NCBI GenBank assembly: GCA_964429035.1
Contig: CAYSAT010000002.1
Location: forward strand, 26,626 to 90,625
Reading direction: 5' to 3'
DNA: 64,000 nucleotides
From: an uncultured Candidatus Cloacimonadota bacterium
Lineage (GTDB): Bacteria; Cloacimonadota; Cloacimonadia; Cloacimonadales; Cloacimonadaceae
Positions 9,221 to 19,239 of this stretch are shown one piece after another. The translations under genes were made by a program, and so were the position numbers. Each line of letters starts with the position of its first letter. Within the stretch, counting starts at the first letter, position 1. The notes beneath the pieces were generated by a model that was not told where the DNA came from, did not search any database, and saw only the letters and a list, made by a program, of their open reading frames with translations.

Positions 9221-10263
9221 GAGTATGTTCCTTTGATCAGACGGCCGATTGTCTCCCTTGGTGCATAGAGATCATTCACTCTCATTTGTAAAGACTCAAC
9301 AATTGACCGACTGGCGTTTTCATCCTGAAGTATTTTCTGAGCAATATCGTCGGCATCACTGAATTTTTTAATATACTGCAACTCACTGCCGAATATACTT
9401 TCTAGATCAGCGGTCCATTCCACCAATGGGTACGCACCCGCAGATATGGCTTCAAACACGCGTAAGTGGATCCCATTTTGAATGCCCGGATTGATGTCTA
9501 TTGGGTATATCTTACAGCAGTTCATTGCATAATTGTACTCACTATCCGAAAGCCTTTGCGTGAGAAGATGGAATTTTCTGGCTAATTCTGGAAAAAACGG
9601 TAGCCAGCGATGCCACTCTCTGGAGCCGTAGATTTTTAGATCGTTTGAGGCAAATTTACTGAGAAATAAAGTCCTTTTGTAACCAGCGGAGTCAGAGTAT
9701 GATCGTCCGATGAACAATATATCCGACTTATATCTGGATATCATATCTGAAGGGATATCCGGAGTCTGATAGAAATACTTTCTGGTAGCTGCAATAAAAT
9801 CAAGACAGATGTTGGGAATTCCTATCCTATCTAAACTTTCGCTCCATCCGCTGTCAGGGCATACTGTATAATCTGAGAGTTCCAGGATCTTCAAGTTGAA
9901 ATCTGAAGTGTGGCTATACAAAGGATTATCGCCTAAAACAAAACAGATTTTTGCCCCTGTACGCTTAAATGCCGCAATAGTATCCGGATGGATCATCTGG
10001 TTATTATAAATCATTATAAGGTCAGGATGTTCTGTACAAAATCTATTATGATATTCCTTGTTAACCCAGTCCACCAATTCTTGGGTTCTTAATTTTGCCA
10101 GTCTCCTTGGTAATGCCGCAGTTTTCTTATAAACCCTGTATGCTAGCCTGGGAAGCATTGCTTCCCAATCCAGGGAAAAAACCTGCCAACCGTTATCTAA
10201 AAAACCCTCCTCCAGAGTAGCTTTTAAAGAATAGTAGTCTGGGATTAGAATCATTGCTTTCAT
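9217..10263 (-). CDS. CgeB-family / DUF3880-type glycosyltransferase-like protein
   Basis: ORF 9217..10275 starts at a TTG. I prefer ATG 10263 (MKAMILIPDYY). The C-terminal IHLRVFEAISAGAYPLVEW resembles the CgeB-type GT-B C-terminal domain. Confidence 0.55.
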   Translation of the reverse strand: MKAMILIPDYYSLKATLEEGFLDNGWQVFSLDWEAMLPRLAYRVYKKTAALPRRLAKLRTQELVDWVNKEYHNRFCTEHPDLIMIYNNQMIHPDTIAAFKRTGAKICFVLGDNPLYSHTSDFNLKILELSDYTVCPDSGWSESLDRIGIPNICLDFIAATRKYFYQTPDIPSDMISRYKSDILFIGRSYSDSAGYKRTLFLSKFASNDLKIYGSREWHRWLPFFPELARKFHLLTQRLSDSEYNYAMNCCKIYPIDINPGIQNGIHLRVFEAISAGAYPLVEWTADLESIFGSELQYIKKFSDADDIAQKILQDENASRSIVESLQMRVNDLYAPRETIGRLIKGTYS

Positions 10264-10290
10264 AGAATTGTACAATCTCGATGTTATATT

Positions 10291-10860
10291 TTATAGATGT
10301 CTAATCAATTTTACCGGGATTCCCGCATAGAAGCCATAGGAGGGGAGATTTGAAGTAATAACGCTGCCAGCTCCGATTCTTGTATACTCGCCGACTACAA
10401 CACCAGGCGACAGGATAACACCTGAATAGATAACAGTTTTATTTTTTACAGTGATAGACTCGATTCTTTCATGATAATCATTTTCCCTGTCCGTTAGCTT
10501 CTCCTTGTAGTCTCCTACATGTGTCCAAAACTGGCAAGCAGCGCCTATACCAACATCATGTTCTATGTGTATGGTATCTGTCAGATCAAATAGTATATTA
10601 TGCCCAATATAGCAGTTATCGTCAATTATCAGGTTCTTGAACGGTTTTTTTTTATCAGGACGGTGGATGATCATACCAGTGTCAATCACACACTTTGAAC
10701 CTATTCTTGCACCATATAGTTTTAGAACTGGCTGGATAAATGGAAATGGGGCAGTTTTTAATAGGTCTGACACGCCATATGGTCCAAATATCCAGAATCT
10801 AAGCCTACAGCGGCATAAAAATACACATAGTAGAATTTTAATAATAGCCTTTCTAGCCAT
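10291..10860 (-). CDS. Hexapeptide-repeat O-acetyltransferase (MAT/LacA-like)
   Basis: 189 aa. N-terminal hydrophobic segment, then LbH repeats (IGSKCVIDTGMII...IGHNILF...IGAACQFW...IGAGSVITSNLPSYGFYAGIPVKLI). Confidence 0.75.
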   Translation of the reverse strand: MARKAIIKILLCVFLCRCRLRFWIFGPYGVSDLLKTAPFPFIQPVLKLYGARIGSKCVIDTGMIIHRPDKKKPFKNLIIDDNCYIGHNILFDLTDTIHIEHDVGIGAACQFWTHVGDYKEKLTDRENDYHERIESITVKNKTVIYSGVILSPGVVVGEYTRIGAGSVITSNLPSYGFYAGIPVKLIRHL

Positions 10861-12034
10861 AACAAAGCACTTTTTTTACCGCCTTCACAACCAAAGCCAT
10901 TTCGGCATTTGTCAAATCGGGGTATATCGGCAGCCTCAGTAGGCGTTGGAAAAACTGCATGGCTCCCGGAAAATCTTCATCACGGCCGTAGGACTTATAA
11001 TACTCATTGCGATGCAGTGGAGTGTAGTGCACATTGGCATGAACGCCTTCAGCCCGCAGAGCATCCATCACCCAGTACTTATGTTCCGGCGGCACCAGAA
11101 TCCCGAAAATGTGCCAATTTGTACTGGCATCCTCGGTAAGCCGGACAAATTCCAAATTCTTGATTCCGCTCAGTTCCGTGAGATAGTATTCCGCAATAGC
11201 GCGCCTTTTACCGTTGATCTCATCTATCTTGCGTAACTGGTTTGCCCCCAGAGCTCCAAGAATGTTTGATTGGACATAGGAATTTCCTATGTCCACGTAT
11301 TCGTAGAAACCCTTGGTACGGTTATCAGTCAGGAAAGAGTGCTTGTTAGTACCCTTTTCTCTGAGTATCTTAACCCGATCGGCAATTATGTCGTCGTTCG
11401 TAGTTATTGCTCCGCCCTCCCCGGTGGTGACATTCTTTGTGCCATGAAAACTAAACGTAGAGACATCGGCCAAAGAACCGGTTTTGTGTCCTTTGTATTC
11501 CGAACCCAATGACTGGGCGGTATCGTGAACCAAATACAAGTTATGTTTGTGAGCTATCCGGATCACTTCATCCATTTCAGCGGGATTTCCTGTGTAATCG
11601 ACCGGTACTATCGCCACAGTTTTCCTGGTTATGTAAGACTCGAGCTTGTTAACATCAATATTGCCATTGTCTGGATTCACATCGCAGAGCACAACTTTGA
11701 GGTTATTATACAAGGGTCCCAACGCAGATGAAGTGTAAGTGAAATCGGGCACTATCACTTCAGAACCTGGGGAAAAACCCTTTACCCTGAATGCGAGTTC
11801 CAGGGCATTAGTCGCCGACCCAAGATACAGCGCGTGCTTGACTCCAACGTACTCAGCCAGAAGGGTTTCAAATTCCCGGCAGGCTGGACCGTCGCCAGAT
11901 ATGAAAGTAGTTCTAATAGCCTTATCCACTGCTACAAAATCGGATTCGTCAAGATAAGGTTTGTGGATGATTACGGGATCTTGCGTAACCGGATTACCAC
12001 CGTTTATGGCCAGTTCTTTCCTAGTTTTGTCCAA
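10853..12034 (-). CDS. DegT/DnrJ/EryC1/StrS-family PLP-dependent sugar aminotransferase
   Basis: ORF 10853..12073 (TTG). A second TTG at 12034 is preceded by GAGAAGGAGAATATC (strong SD, 6-nt spacer) and gives MDKTRKELAINGGNPV. The PLP-lysine context is FSFHGTKNVTTGEGGAI. Confidence 0.85.
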   Translation of the reverse strand: MDKTRKELAINGGNPVTQDPVIIHKPYLDESDFVAVDKAIRTTFISGDGPACREFETLLAEYVGVKHALYLGSATNALELAFRVKGFSPGSEVIVPDFTYTSSALGPLYNNLKVVLCDVNPDNGNIDVNKLESYITRKTVAIVPVDYTGNPAEMDEVIRIAHKHNLYLVHDTAQSLGSEYKGHKTGSLADVSTFSFHGTKNVTTGEGGAITTNDDIIADRVKILREKGTNKHSFLTDNRTKGFYEYVDIGNSYVQSNILGALGANQLRKIDEINGKRRAIAEYYLTELSGIKNLEFVRLTEDASTNWHIFGILVPPEHKYWVMDALRAEGVHANVHYTPLHRNEYYKSYGRDEDFPGAMQFFQRLLRLPIYPDLTNAEMALVVKAVKKVLCYG

Positions 12035-12069
12035 GATATTCTCCTTCTCTAAAACTACGTAACAACTTG

Positions 12070-12996
12070 TCAAGCGTTGCTGTAGGGGGACCGGTAATCA
12101 ATCGCTTTCAAGGCGCGGACCAATTCTGCTATTCCTTCTTCCACGGAAATAGTAGTATGATAACCCATCTTTTCTATCTTCTCGTAACTGACCACGTAAT
12201 TGCGCTTATCCGCGTCTTCCCCGATATCGGCGAAATGCACATAGGCATTGGTATTGGCCTTGATCAAGTTACATATGTCTTCTTTACTGTAATTCATTTT
12301 CTCATTTCCGACATTGTACACGTTTTTGATCATTTTATCCTGATTGGCGATGCCAAACAAAAACACCCTTCCCATGTCGTGGACATGAATAAAAGTCCGC
12401 ATGAAGTGTTTCTCATAGACCACAAGGTAACCCTGAGTCATGGCCCTGTAAGTGAAATCATTGATCAACAGGTCGAGGCGAAGCCGCGATGAAACACCAA
12501 ACGCAGTTGCAAAGCGCCAGGCGATCGTCTTTCTCTCTTCCAGCAGCATTTTTTCTGCCATGGTCTTGGTCTGGCCATATAAACTCAGCGGGTTGAGAGG
12601 CGTTTCTTCCGTGCAAATGTCCTCCACAGCGCCGTAATTCGATCCTGTCGAACCATAGATGATCAATTGGTCATTGGAGGTTACATCGATCAGATTTCTG
12701 GTGCCATCTACATTGACCGCCTTGGCTAGATCCGGTTCTCTGCGGCAAGCTGGAAATCCCACGATCGCTGCCAGGTGGATGATAATGTCTGCCTCTTTGG
12801 CAGCTTTGCCGAGATCTTCCTTGTTGCGGATATCGCCTTTAATAAAGCAAAATTTCGGATTGCGGAAAAAAGGCAGGATGGAATCCCCGCCAAACATCAA
12901 GATATCATAACATACTACTTCATGCCCGGCAGCGAGCAATTGAGGGATGAGCGAAGTGCCGACATAGCCGGCTCCACCAGTTACCAGTACTTTCAT
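12070..12996 (-). CDS. NAD-dependent sugar epimerase/dehydratase (extended SDR)
   Basis: 308 aa; MKVLVTGGAGYVGTSL Rossmann motif and YGQTK (YxxxK). ATG preceded by AGGAG. Confidence 0.85.
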   Translation of the reverse strand: MKVLVTGGAGYVGTSLIPQLLAAGHEVVCYDILMFGGDSILPFFRNPKFCFIKGDIRNKEDLGKAAKEADIIIHLAAIVGFPACRREPDLAKAVNVDGTRNLIDVTSNDQLIIYGSTGSNYGAVEDICTEETPLNPLSLYGQTKTMAEKMLLEERKTIAWRFATAFGVSSRLRLDLLINDFTYRAMTQGYLVVYEKHFMRTFIHVHDMGRVFLFGIANQDKMIKNVYNVGNEKMNYSKEDICNLIKANTNAYVHFADIGEDADKRNYVVSYEKIEKMGYHTTISVEEGIAELVRALKAIDYRSPYSNA

Positions 12997-13005
12997 TGTT
13001 TCTCC

Positions 13006-13509
13006 TTATCGTCCTATTACTTCCCATTTATCTTTACCGATCACATAAGGATCGATGCGAATGTCGTCGTGTTTAGCTTTGTCAAAGGGTAGATTGCTGA
13101 GCGAAAACAAAGTCGTGTTATCCTCCAATCCGACCCATCCGTTGGCGTAGCGAGGCGGTATTACCAGCAGGGCATGGTGCCTGGAACTCATTACCCATGA
13201 CTTTAACACGTCAGGCTGTTTGTCAATGAAATCCTTTATTTCCTCATTGTTGTTGCGTTGAGCAAGCTCAAGGGGTAGTTTTAAAGTAATGAACTTGGCG
13301 GCGCCCCAGCCGATAATGAACATTTTCATTTCTTCCAGATGGTAGTGCAGCCCTCTGATTACGCCCCTGCTGTAGTTTTGTACGTAGTATGACCTTTGCA
13401 TTACAGCTGGATCGATATCATCCCCAAAGGGGACCAACAGCCCCCGGTCGTCATTATAGGACTGAATTGGTATCATGATGGGTTCTTGCAGATCCATGGT
13501 GATCTTCAT
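13006..13509 (-). CDS. RmlC-like cupin (dTDP-4-dehydrorhamnose 3,5-epimerase-related) sugar epimerase/isomerase
   Basis: 167 aa; DDRGLLVPF and IRGLHYH resemble the RmlC/cupin sugar-epimerase motifs. AGGAG before the ATG. Confidence 0.6.
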   Translation of the reverse strand: MKITMDLQEPIMIPIQSYNDDRGLLVPFGDDIDPAVMQRSYYVQNYSRGVIRGLHYHLEEMKMFIIGWGAAKFITLKLPLELAQRNNNEEIKDFIDKQPDVLKSWVMSSRHHALLVIPPRYANGWVGLEDNTTLFSLSNLPFDKAKHDDIRIDPYVIGKDKWEVIGR

Positions 13510-13541
13510 TGTTATACTCCTTGTTAATCAGATTTTTTATC

Positions 13542-14639
13542 TTAACATATCAGGCTGCTGACTTGCCGGGCAATTGCCAAACTGGCGGTCAGGCCTGGAG
13601 ATTCAATACCGATAAGATTTACGAGGCCGGGCAAACCATTATCGCTTTCCTCACGGATATAAAAGTCCTGGACTGAATCTCCCGGACCTTGCAACTTGGG
13701 GCGAATCCCGGTATCATCGGGAACCAGTTCTTCCCTGCTTACATCTAGATAGCGATTGATCGACTGGTAGAAATCCTCAAAAAACTCGTCCTCAAACTTA
13801 TAGTTGATGTCATCCACGTAAAACGCGTTGGGGCCGAAGCGCACTTCTCCGTTTAGATTGATCGTCAAATGGATTCCCAAGAACACCCCAGAGGGATCAG
13901 CTACCGGATAGATCAGGTGTTCTACTCCCTTGATGCGGGAACTCTTATAATACTCGGCCTTGCAGGGATATTGCCTGATGTGCAATGTTTGCACATCCAT
14001 GCCGCATAATGCGGCAATCTGATCTGCCCAAAGCCCAGCTGAATTGACAAGATACTCAGTTTCATATTGCTCGCCATTGGCAAACTCCACCAGATAGCCA
14101 TTGGCAGATGGATTGATGGCGGTGACCTCTGATTGATAAATCAAAAAACCATCGTTGTTTTCGATGTGTCTGGCCAGTGATTCCATGTACCGATGTGTGT
14201 CGAAAATTCCAGTGGTTGGCACCCACAATCCGCATACACATTTAGCCAGAGGCTCTAGATCCCTCACTTCTTCTGAAGTTATCAGTTTCAACCCCTCGCA
14301 TCCATTGGCCGTTCCCTGTTCCAAATACTTATGCAGAACTTTTTCTTCTTCCGCATTGGTAGCCAGTATGATCTTGCCGGTATTCCTGTGTGGAATTCCG
14401 TTATCGGCCAGGTACCCGTAAAGCAATTCATTGCCTTCCACGCAAAGCCTGGCTTTCAAAGTGTCTTTCGGGTAGTATAGCCCGGCATGGATGACTTCGC
14501 TGTTCCGGCTGCTGGTGTGCTGGCCAAAGCTCTTTTCTTTATCCACAACCACCACTTCCGGATGTTTTTTTGCTAGTTCATATCCTATGGCAAGCCCCAC
14601 AGCTCCGGCGCCAATCACCAATATCTTCACTCGTTCCAT
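13542..14639 (-). CDS. FAD-dependent oxidoreductase (DAO family, L-2-hydroxyglutarate-oxidase-like)
   Basis: 365 aa; VKILVIGAGAVGLAIGYELAK dinucleotide-binding motif with DAO-like length and C-terminal GIESPGLT. Confidence 0.75.
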   Translation of the reverse strand: MERVKILVIGAGAVGLAIGYELAKKHPEVVVVDKEKSFGQHTSSRNSEVIHAGLYYPKDTLKARLCVEGNELLYGYLADNGIPHRNTGKIILATNAEEEKVLHKYLEQGTANGCEGLKLITSEEVRDLEPLAKCVCGLWVPTTGIFDTHRYMESLARHIENNDGFLIYQSEVTAINPSANGYLVEFANGEQYETEYLVNSAGLWADQIAALCGMDVQTLHIRQYPCKAEYYKSSRIKGVEHLIYPVADPSGVFLGIHLTINLNGEVRFGPNAFYVDDINYKFEDEFFEDFYQSINRYLDVSREELVPDDTGIRPKLQGPGDSVQDFYIREESDNGLPGLVNLIGIESPGLTASLAIARQVSSLIC

Positions 14640-14655
14640 AATCGCTCTGCGTCCC

Positions 14656-15603
14656 CTAACTTCTACTTGATGTAAGGATGTCAGCGCTTAATTTCTTACT
14701 CAATACAACAGCCCCTTTCTGATTTAAATGCTGGCAATCATAAAAATCTGAGTCAGGCAGAGCTAACTGAGAATAATTGATATAATGGGTAGTGGCATTT
14801 TCCAGCGATTCCGCCGCCGAATCCACTTCTCTGATGAATTTTTCGGGGATCTTGCGATAATAGGAGTCATGTACAGGCGTATTGACCAAATATAGGTTTA
14901 TCCCTGACGCTCCGCATAGATCACTGATTCTCTCCAGATAAGCTATCTTCATTGCCGAGATATCCTTGATCCCGTGGTTTTTATGGTAATGGTTTTGAAT
15001 GGTCTTGTCCAATTCAGCAGCCTCCCTCACGACAGATGTGCCGGCACTTATAAATGATCCAATGTACGGAGCGTTGAGGGTCCCCCGATATTTTCTGAAA
15101 TTCAGGCACTCAGCAAAATCGTTGGCTACACCAAAAGGTATTTTGTATACATCCGCCAAATACCTGATAACGAAATTGAAAAAAACGCCCTCATCAATAA
15201 AAAAGTCCCGGTAAAAAGCCTCGTCAAGCAGCATATGATACCTTTTCAGCATCTCCGAACTCCCGCTACTGCCGTATTTGCTGAGGGAATGATAGGAATA
15301 GGTAAGGACTACGTTCTCAATGCCATTATCGCTCTGCAGTATTTTGGCCAACTTATAATAGGAGTACATGAGAAATTCGGAAGATTGTGATATGTTAACA
15401 CTTGCTTCAAGATAATCAGGATTAATGCCCTGCTGCGCGTGCGAATCCCCGAGAATCAGTGTTTTAATGCCGCCGGGCAACGTGACCTGATATGACTTGT
15501 TGTGATTGAACAACTTCGCCTTCACTATCGACGCGACAAACAATATGGCGAATGCCAGTATAATCATGGCGCCTGCGGTTGCGTGTTTCTTAGAAATTGG
15601 CAT
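14656..15603 (-). CDS. Membrane-anchored SGNH/DltD-like acyl-transfer protein (module A)
   Basis: 315 aa. One N-terminal TM segment (AGAMIILAFAILFVASIV), block-I-like LILGDSHAQQG and a C-terminal YDCQHLNQKG (DxxH). It overlaps the stop of the upstream MBOAT gene by 14 nt. Confidence 0.5.
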   Translation of the reverse strand: MPISKKHATAGAMIILAFAILFVASIVKAKLFNHNKSYQVTLPGGIKTLILGDSHAQQGINPDYLEASVNISQSSEFLMYSYYKLAKILQSDNGIENVVLTYSYHSLSKYGSSGSSEMLKRYHMLLDEAFYRDFFIDEGVFFNFVIRYLADVYKIPFGVANDFAECLNFRKYRGTLNAPYIGSFISAGTSVVREAAELDKTIQNHYHKNHGIKDISAMKIAYLERISDLCGASGINLYLVNTPVHDSYYRKIPEKFIREVDSAAESLENATTHYINYSQLALPDSDFYDCQHLNQKGAVVLSKKLSADILTSSRS

Positions 15604-16945
15604 AGATAAAACCCGTATCCATCATGCTGAATGACAGCATGACGGCCAACATGGCAAGCGCCACCGCGAAACGGTTGTTGGTGCGGGGCGCAACCCGCTT
15701 GACATAGATGCCGTGTGTGATGATGAAAAAGATCGACGCACAGGCCATAATCAACAGCCAGCCCAGTCCGAAAGTGTGGTTGATGAGCTTCAATCCGCCT
15801 CTGAACGCAAGCCAGCCACACGTCACAAACACGAAAGTACAACACATACTTAAATAATTGAATACAGGCGATCTTAAAGTTTGAGCCAGGTTTTTATGTT
15901 CGCGTTTATAATTGCTCCAGATCTTGAATGCCGCCAAACCCATCCCATGCCATACGCCCCAAACCACATAATTCCATCCAGCGCCGTGCCATAAACCGCA
16001 AATGGCCATGGCAATCACCGGAACAGCGACTATTTTCCATAAATTCCAGGATAGAATCCCTGAAAGCGGGAAGAATATGTAGTCACGGATCCAGTCCGAG
16101 AGGGAAATATGCCAGCGCCTCCAAAACTGGCTGATATTGGGCGCGAGATAGGGGTTGTCGAAATTTTCCATGATCCTGATGCCAAATAGCCGCGAAGAAC
16201 CGATGGCAATGTCGCTGTAACCCGCAAAATCGAAGTAGATCTGCAGGGAATAGCCCAATAATGCCAGAGAACCCGCCCATACGCTGTAAGCACCAGGATC
16301 GTCCCAGATGGGTTTGACAATATAAGCCAGCCAGTCGGCTATCACTAGTTTTTGAAACATGCCAAATGCGATCCGCTTTAGCCCATACTTGAAATCTGCC
16401 CTGACAAACAGCAAGCGTTTATTTTCCACTTGAGGTTTGAAGCGCTCGAAGCGCTCGATCGGTCCAGCCACGAAAATGGTAAACAGGCTGCTATACAAAA
16501 GGAAATCGCTGAGTTTGCCCGGCTTGACTATCCGCCACTTGATGTCGGTAATGTAACTCAAGTGCTTGAATACGATGTAGGAAATTCCCAAGGGCAGCAG
16601 CAATTTCGTAAACCTGAACTGCGGCAAGCCACCTACGAACTCACTCAGGTTGTTGATGACACCCGTTAGAAAGCCTAAGTATTTAAAGGTAACCAAAATT
16701 GCCAGAATGCCCAAGACGCCCAGCAGATGTATGTATCCCCGGCGCGGATACTTATAGATCAGCAGGCCCAAGCCATAAGTAAACAAGGATAATCCGACAA
16801 CTACCGCGATGCTCCACTTATCAGTAAAGTACAAAAACACGAAACTGGACAGAATGAGCAACACATTGCGCCATGCTTGCCTACGTATCAACCAGTAACA
16901 AATAAGCGATACGAGCAGGACGCTGAAATAGGGCAGCGATATCAA
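15590..16945 (-). CDS. MBOAT-family membrane O-acyltransferase (DltB/AlgI-like, module A)
   Basis: 451 aa polytopic. FWRRWHISLSDWIRDY and ICGLWHGAGWNYVVWG carry the conserved MBOAT His. TTG start at 16945. Confidence 0.85.
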   Translation of the reverse strand: MISLPYFSVLLVSLICYWLIRRQAWRNVLLILSSFVFLYFTDKWSIAVVVGLSLFTYGLGLLIYKYPRRGYIHLLGVLGILAILVTFKYLGFLTGVINNLSEFVGGLPQFRFTKLLLPLGISYIVFKHLSYITDIKWRIVKPGKLSDFLLYSSLFTIFVAGPIERFERFKPQVENKRLLFVRADFKYGLKRIAFGMFQKLVIADWLAYIVKPIWDDPGAYSVWAGSLALLGYSLQIYFDFAGYSDIAIGSSRLFGIRIMENFDNPYLAPNISQFWRRWHISLSDWIRDYIFFPLSGILSWNLWKIVAVPVIAMAICGLWHGAGWNYVVWGVWHGMGLAAFKIWSNYKREHKNLAQTLRSPVFNYLSMCCTFVFVTCGWLAFRGGLKLINHTFGLGWLLIMACASIFFIITHGIYVKRVAPRTNNRFAVALAMLAVMLSFSMMDTGFIYANF

Positions 16946-16993
16946 TGTGTAGTACCTTCTTGGGACTTAACGAGTCATTCAGGAGTAGTTCAC

Positions 16994-17224
16994 TTAAAAC
17001 TGGTTGATGACCTCGATCATCTGCCGGACAGTATCGAAGGACTGAGCTGTGATCTTGGGCGCAGGGATGCGCTTGCCGAACTCTTTTTCAATGAATGCTT
17101 GTAGTGAAACCAGGGAAAACGAGTCGATCAAGCCGCTGGAAATTAGTGGGGTTCCCGCATCCAGTGCGACCTCCGGATCATCCAGGAATTCTTCCTTGAT
17201 AAAATCAAGCAATTTGTCTTCCAT
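16994..17224 (-). CDS. Acyl/aminoacyl carrier protein, DltC-like (module A)
   Basis: 76 aa, acidic. SSGLIDSFSLVSLQAFIEKEFG is a phosphopantetheine-Ser context resembling D-alanyl carrier proteins. Confidence 0.75.
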   Translation of the reverse strand: MEDKLLDFIKEEFLDDPEVALDAGTPLISSGLIDSFSLVSLQAFIEKEFGKRIPAPKITAQSFDTVRQMIEVINQF

Positions 17225-17271
17225 CTTTATACCTCACATATGTATCTGATACATTGATCTTTGCATAATTG

Positions 17272-18519
17272 TCACGCCAGTTGCAGGCGCAGCAGGTCTT
17301 CTTTCGATTTACCCAAAACATCGTATTTTTTTCCGATTTTCACAAACACTTCCAGAGCCCGGTCCAGGTGGACTTGATCATGGGCGGCCGATAATTGCGT
17401 CCTGATCCTGGCCTGGCCCTGGGCTACGACCGGGAAAAAGAAGCCCACGGCATACACTCCCTCTTGATAGAGATCATGGGAGAAGTTTTGGGCCAGTTTG
17501 GCGTCGTAAAACATAATGGGAACTATCGGCGAATCTCCGTTCACAATGATAAATCCCGCATCGTCCAGGCTGCGGCGCCACCATTGGGTGTTTTTTTCCA
17601 ATTTATCCCTGCGTTCGGTGGTTTCTTCCAGGAGGTCAAGTACTTTCATGGTGGATAACGTGATCATCGGCGCCAGCGTATTGGAAAACAGGTAAGGCCG
17701 CCCTCTTTGCCGCAGCATGTCTATCAGCTCTTTCCTGCCGGAAACGCAGCCGCCGGATGCTCCGCCCAGGGCTTTGCCAAAAGTAGTGGTTATAATATCT
17801 ATCCTGCCCAGTACATCATGCAATTCAGGCGTGCCCCTGCCCTGTTTTCCCATAAAACCAGTGGCATGAGAATCATCGACAAAGACCAGGGCATCGAATT
17901 CATCCGCCAATTGCACTATTTGGCCAAGTCTGGCGATGTCGCCATCCATCGAAAACACACCGTCGGTAATGATCACTTTACGGGGACAATTCTGATATTG
18001 CTCAAGTTTCTTCCTCAGATGCTCCATATCGCTGTGTTTGTAAGTGTCTCTTTGAGCTTTGGCAAGCCTCATCCCATCGATAATCGAAGCATGCACCAAA
18101 CGATCGGAGATCATGACGTCATTTTCGTCCAGCAAGGTTTCAAACACCGCGCCGTTGGCGTCAAAACAGGAGCTGAAAAGAATGGTATCCTCAGTGCCCA
18201 GAAACTGGCTTAGCCTGGCTTCCAGTTGTTTGTGGATATCCTGAGTGCCGCAGATAAATCGCACCGACGACAAGCCATAACCCCTGTATTCGAGAGCTGC
18301 GTGAGCAGCTGCCACGACTGCAGGATGGTTGGACAGCCCCAAGTAATTATTGGAACACATATTGATCAACTTTTTCTGGGTACTGCCCGCAGGATACTCG
18401 ACCGTGATCTCAGCTCCCTGCACATCGCAGATGATACGTTCGTTTTTGTAGAGTCCGTTCTCGGAGATGGACCTGAGGGTCTCCTGGTATGATCCTTGTA
18501 CCTTTGCGGAATAGGCCAT
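17272..18519 (-). CDS. kbl: Glycine C-acetyltransferase / 2-amino-3-ketobutyrate CoA ligase (alpha-oxoamine synthase family)
   Basis: 415 aa, colinear with E. coli Kbl as I recall it: NNYLGLSNHP, VRFICGTQDIHKQLE, SSCFDANG, HASIIDG, TDGVFSMDGDIA, VDDSHATGF, FGKALGGASGG (PLP Lys), RPYLFSN. Confidence 0.85.
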   Translation of the reverse strand: MAYSAKVQGSYQETLRSISENGLYKNERIICDVQGAEITVEYPAGSTQKKLINMCSNNYLGLSNHPAVVAAAHAALEYRGYGLSSVRFICGTQDIHKQLEARLSQFLGTEDTILFSSCFDANGAVFETLLDENDVMISDRLVHASIIDGMRLAKAQRDTYKHSDMEHLRKKLEQYQNCPRKVIITDGVFSMDGDIARLGQIVQLADEFDALVFVDDSHATGFMGKQGRGTPELHDVLGRIDIITTTFGKALGGASGGCVSGRKELIDMLRQRGRPYLFSNTLAPMITLSTMKVLDLLEETTERRDKLEKNTQWWRRSLDDAGFIIVNGDSPIVPIMFYDAKLAQNFSHDLYQEGVYAVGFFFPVVAQGQARIRTQLSAAHDQVHLDRALEVFVKIGKKYDVLGKSKEDLLRLQLA

Positions 18520-18620
18520 GATTTACTCCTTATCTGTTGTGGTGGCATCCGGCGAAAAACATCCACTGAACTGGCCAGTGATGTGGCTTCAGTTCCAGAA
18601 TGCCACCTGTGTTCGTTTGC

Positions 18621-19067
18621 TTAGATCAGTTTATCCAGCGATTCATGCCCCGGAACCTGTTCCAGATAACCGGCATTCACTGAGGCGGCTATGCTCCGGC
18701 AGGGCAAGCCCTGCTCCCGGATTTCCTCCCTGGTGAGGACTTTGTAGTCCAGGCCGGGATTGGCTTTTTGCTGCGCCCGCATCAGCTTCAAAAACACGTT
18801 GGGCCAGGTGCTGAGCGCCCTGCCCTGCCTGCGGTTTTTTTGGTTGAACCGGCGGATATACTCGTCGCAATCGGCGTGGTAATCCTCCGAAATCCTGATC
18901 CGGCGCGCCAGTGCGAATATATCCTTCATGTCCTGGTTGGAGGGGACGAAGCTGGGCTTCACTTTACGCCGGGCAATGTATTTATTCAGCTTGGCATTGT
19001 AATAGATCACTACATCGTCCATATTGCCGGTAAAACCAGGCAAGAGGACTTTAAGTTTGGCCTTCAT
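18621..19067 (-). CDS. Hypothetical protein (basic, 148 aa), no recognisable domain
   Basis: ATG 19067 preceded by GAGGAG. The ORF is intact with coding-like composition; I recognise no motif. Confidence 0.45.
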   Translation of the reverse strand: MKAKLKVLLPGFTGNMDDVVIYYNAKLNKYIARRKVKPSFVPSNQDMKDIFALARRIRISEDYHADCDEYIRRFNQKNRRQGRALSTWPNVFLKLMRAQQKANPGLDYKVLTREEIREQGLPCRSIAASVNAGYLEQVPGHESLDKLI

Positions 19068-19239
19068 GGGTGCTCCTCAAGAGAGTTTATAAGTGATCGG
19101 GACCCTGGTCATACTCAATTAATCCCTTGCCTATATATGGTGATGATGTGGCGGCAATACCCCGCGAAGCGCGGAGAGAGGCAACGGCATTGCGACCGAT
19201 GGTAACCAAGGGCGATCCAGGAAATGGAAGCAACGTACA

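Noticed and set aside
12070-12996. Calling the extended SDR dTDP-glucose 4,6-dehydratase (RmlB) to complete the dTDP-sugar pathway
   Set aside because: At 308 aa, with a GGAGYVG N-terminus and a YGQTK motif, it fits a generic UDP/NDP-sugar epimerase or reductase as well. I cannot distinguish these by eye, so only the family call is made.
17272-18519. Kbl homolog as a dedicated alpha-oxoamine synthase acting on the adjacent carrier protein (sphingolipid/SPT-like logic)
   Set aside because: The protein is colinear with housekeeping Kbl throughout, including Kbl-typical motifs. Adjacency alone is insufficient, so it is kept only as a remark in the module A finding.
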